Positions 34,242 to 36,685 of a DNA stretch of 36,685 nt are shown one piece after another. The position numbers and the translations under genes were made by a program. Origin of the DNA: Octopus bimaculoides (taxonomy: Eukaryota); the NCBI RefSeq assembly GCF_001194135.2, contig NC_069003.1:12776817-12813501 (forward strand), given 5' to 3'. Every line of letters begins with the position of its first letter. Positions within the stretch are counted from its first letter, which is position 1. Under the pieces are notes generated by a model. The model saw only the letters and a list, made by a program, of their open reading frames with translations. It was not told the DNA's origin and did no database searches.

Positions 34242-34830
34242 ATATATCATCCTCTCAAAAAAGACGTCGCTGGATAATGAGGTCCCGGCTTCCCTGACCA
34301 TAGGAACAAAACAGGATGCTCACTGCTAGAATACCATTGATCATAGGTCGACTTGATTAGGGATGGCCTGGGGTTAAACAACAACGTCAAGAAGCAGCAA
34401 CAGCAGAGAGAGAGAGACCTGTCCGTGGTCGCTTGAAATAGCAATCGAAATCCTCCGAAAGTACATCCAGTTATTTTTAACAAAACCGAGCGAGAGCATT
34501 GGACTTGTGCTGCATCTAGGAAGAAGATGGAATGTTCACGACTGGAACGATGTTTGATTATAGACCAGGTCGACCAAGGTAGTCGTGGATTTTTAAGAAA
34601 AACGACAACAGCAATAACAACAACAAAAGCAAAAATAAACAATAACAAAAACAATATCAGCAACAACAAGGAGGAAAAAAGACAATAACATCATCATCAT
34701 CATCATCATCATCGTAATCATTATCGTCACCATCATCATCACCAGCATCATCATCATACCAACACCACCACCACCACCACCACCAGCAAAATGCAATAAC
34801 AACATGAACATCAACAATAATAATAATAAT

Positions 34831-35283
34831 CTTTTCTGCTATAGACACAAGGCCTGAAATCTTTTGAGAGTTGGGAGCTTGTCGATTACATCGACCCCAG
34901 TACGTAACTGGTACTTAATTAATCGATCCCGAAAGGATAAAAGACAAAGTCGACCTCAGCGCAATTTGAACTCAGGACGTAAAGACGGACGAAACGCAGC
35001 TTAGCATTTTGTCCGGCGTGCTAACGATTCTGCTAGTTCGCCATCTTAGCAACAACAGCAACAATAATAACATTTTCTGTTATAGGCACAAGGCCTGAAA
35101 TCTTGTGGAAAGGGGCCAGTCGATTAGATCGACCCCAGTACGCAACTGGTACTTAATTTATCGACCCCGAAAGGTTGAAAGCCTAAGTCGACCTCGGCAG
35201 AACTTGAACTCAGAACGTAGCGGCAGACGAAATACCGCTAAGCATTTCGCCCAATGTGCTGACGATTCTGCCAGCTCGTCACC

Positions 35284-35351
<68 letters not shown>

Positions 35352-35567
35352 CCTTTCTACTATGGGCACAAGGCCAGCAATTTCGGGGAAAGGGGCTAAA
35401 GTCGATTACATCCACTCTCCAGTGTTCAACTGGTATTTAATTTATCGATCTCGAAAGATTGAAAGGCAAAGTCGACCTCGGCGAAATTTGAACTCAACGT
35501 AAAAACGGACGAAATGACGCTTAGCATTTTGGCCGGCGTGCTAACGATTCTGTCAGCTCGCCGTCTT
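34831..35567 (-). mobile_element. Array of three head-to-tail SINE family A copies (34831-35047, 35072-35285, 35351-35567)
   Basis: Three near-full-length copies of about 215 bp in the same orientation, separated by (AAC/AAT)n spacers. Confidence 0.9.
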
Positions 35568-36132
35568 AGCAACAACAACAATAACAACAACGAAAAACGT
35601 TATCATCATTAATATCAACAACAACAACACCGACGATCACTACCTCCCCCCCCCAACCACCACCACCGCCACTACCACCCGTATTGCCACCAATTAATGA
35701 GTAAGATGTTCATGACACATAAGCACACACCCCCCAACCCGTCCCGTCCCGTCATGACCATCATCTCCGGTTTAAGGGATGCTGCAGGTATGATGACTAT
35801 GAGCTGAAGAGGAAGGGAACAGTGGACACAAAAGGTGTAATAGATGACATCATCGCTCGTTAAAGGTAAATATATATATATAGATATAGGATGTGACACA
35901 GTTCAATGGACACACGGACACACGCACACGCACACAAACACGGACACACGGACAGCGTCTGTTCCTGTCTTTGTCTGACTACCTGTTGATATATAATATA
36001 TATATTGATTAATAAATACACTGGATTACAAGGTTCAATACATATAAATATATGTGTGTGTGTATATATGTGTGTATGCATGTGTGTATATATGTGTATG
36101 TATGTTTGTGTATGTACATATATGTACGTATG

Positions 36133-36175
<43 letters not shown>

Positions 36176-36685
36176 ATATATATATACGTATATATACAAA
36201 CACATTTTTGTCTTGGCCAACACCTGTAGGTGTCTAATGTATGTGTATACATATATATACATGTATATATATTTTAGATGTTTGTGTGTGTATGTGTGTG
36301 TGTGTGTATACACACACCCACATACACACTGGTACCCGCATATGGCTATCCATTCCCGTCTTTTTCTTGTGCCCCCCCCCCCTGCATCCCCCTTCGCCTT
36401 CCCTCCGTTCTTCTGGTTTGGTTACGAAGAAAACAGCGTTGAATGCATAAAAGGGGGACGACAAACGGTTGCGCGTACGTGTTCCTTTACCTGTGCAATT
36501 GTGTGGGGGATGGGCCATGTGTGGGTTAACGCGTGGTTAATGAGAAATCACGTGTCTTGCGAAAGTGACGTCCCTCATTGAACCCGGGGATCGAAACCTT
36601 GTCACTAATTCATGTCCACGACGTCATTGCCGCCGTTGTCGCCATTGTTGTAAAGTTCGAAGTAATCAATGACCAGTGGAGACGC

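Noticed and set aside
36540-36625. CRE/E-box cluster (TGACGTC, CACGTG, GACGTCA)
   Set aside because: It largely overlaps a degenerate minus-strand family D SINE head (GGTTTCGATCCCCGGG...GCAAGACAC).

Overview
This is AT-rich eukaryotic (animal) DNA with 12 N gaps (about 6.5 kb) and very dense microsatellites. I cannot support any intact protein-coding gene; almost every ORF in the supplied track comes from N runs, microsatellites or repeats. The repeat families look like those of octopus genomes, which is my inference from recalled repeat sequences and is not verified. The window holds about 17 copies or fragments of one tRNA-derived SINE (family A) and several copies of three other tRNA-head SINEs (B, C, D; labels are mine). 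It also holds decayed RTE- and CR1-type LINE pieces, an internally deleted Tc1/mariner transposase and a 127-bp Tc1/mariner-type MITE. The most interesting signal is a set of hammerhead-ribozyme (HHR) motifs in short non-coding elements lying in TA/CA microsatellites. Two homologous type I HHRs (20827-20925 +, 15197-15291 -) keep the core, a palindromic helix III (ACAUAUGU) and a GUA cleavage triplet. Their long helix II arms differ largely in sequence yet both still pair. Five weaker HHR-like motifs from other families are also present. These are candidate Penelope-like or retrozyme-like elements. All structures were folded by eye and none has been tested.
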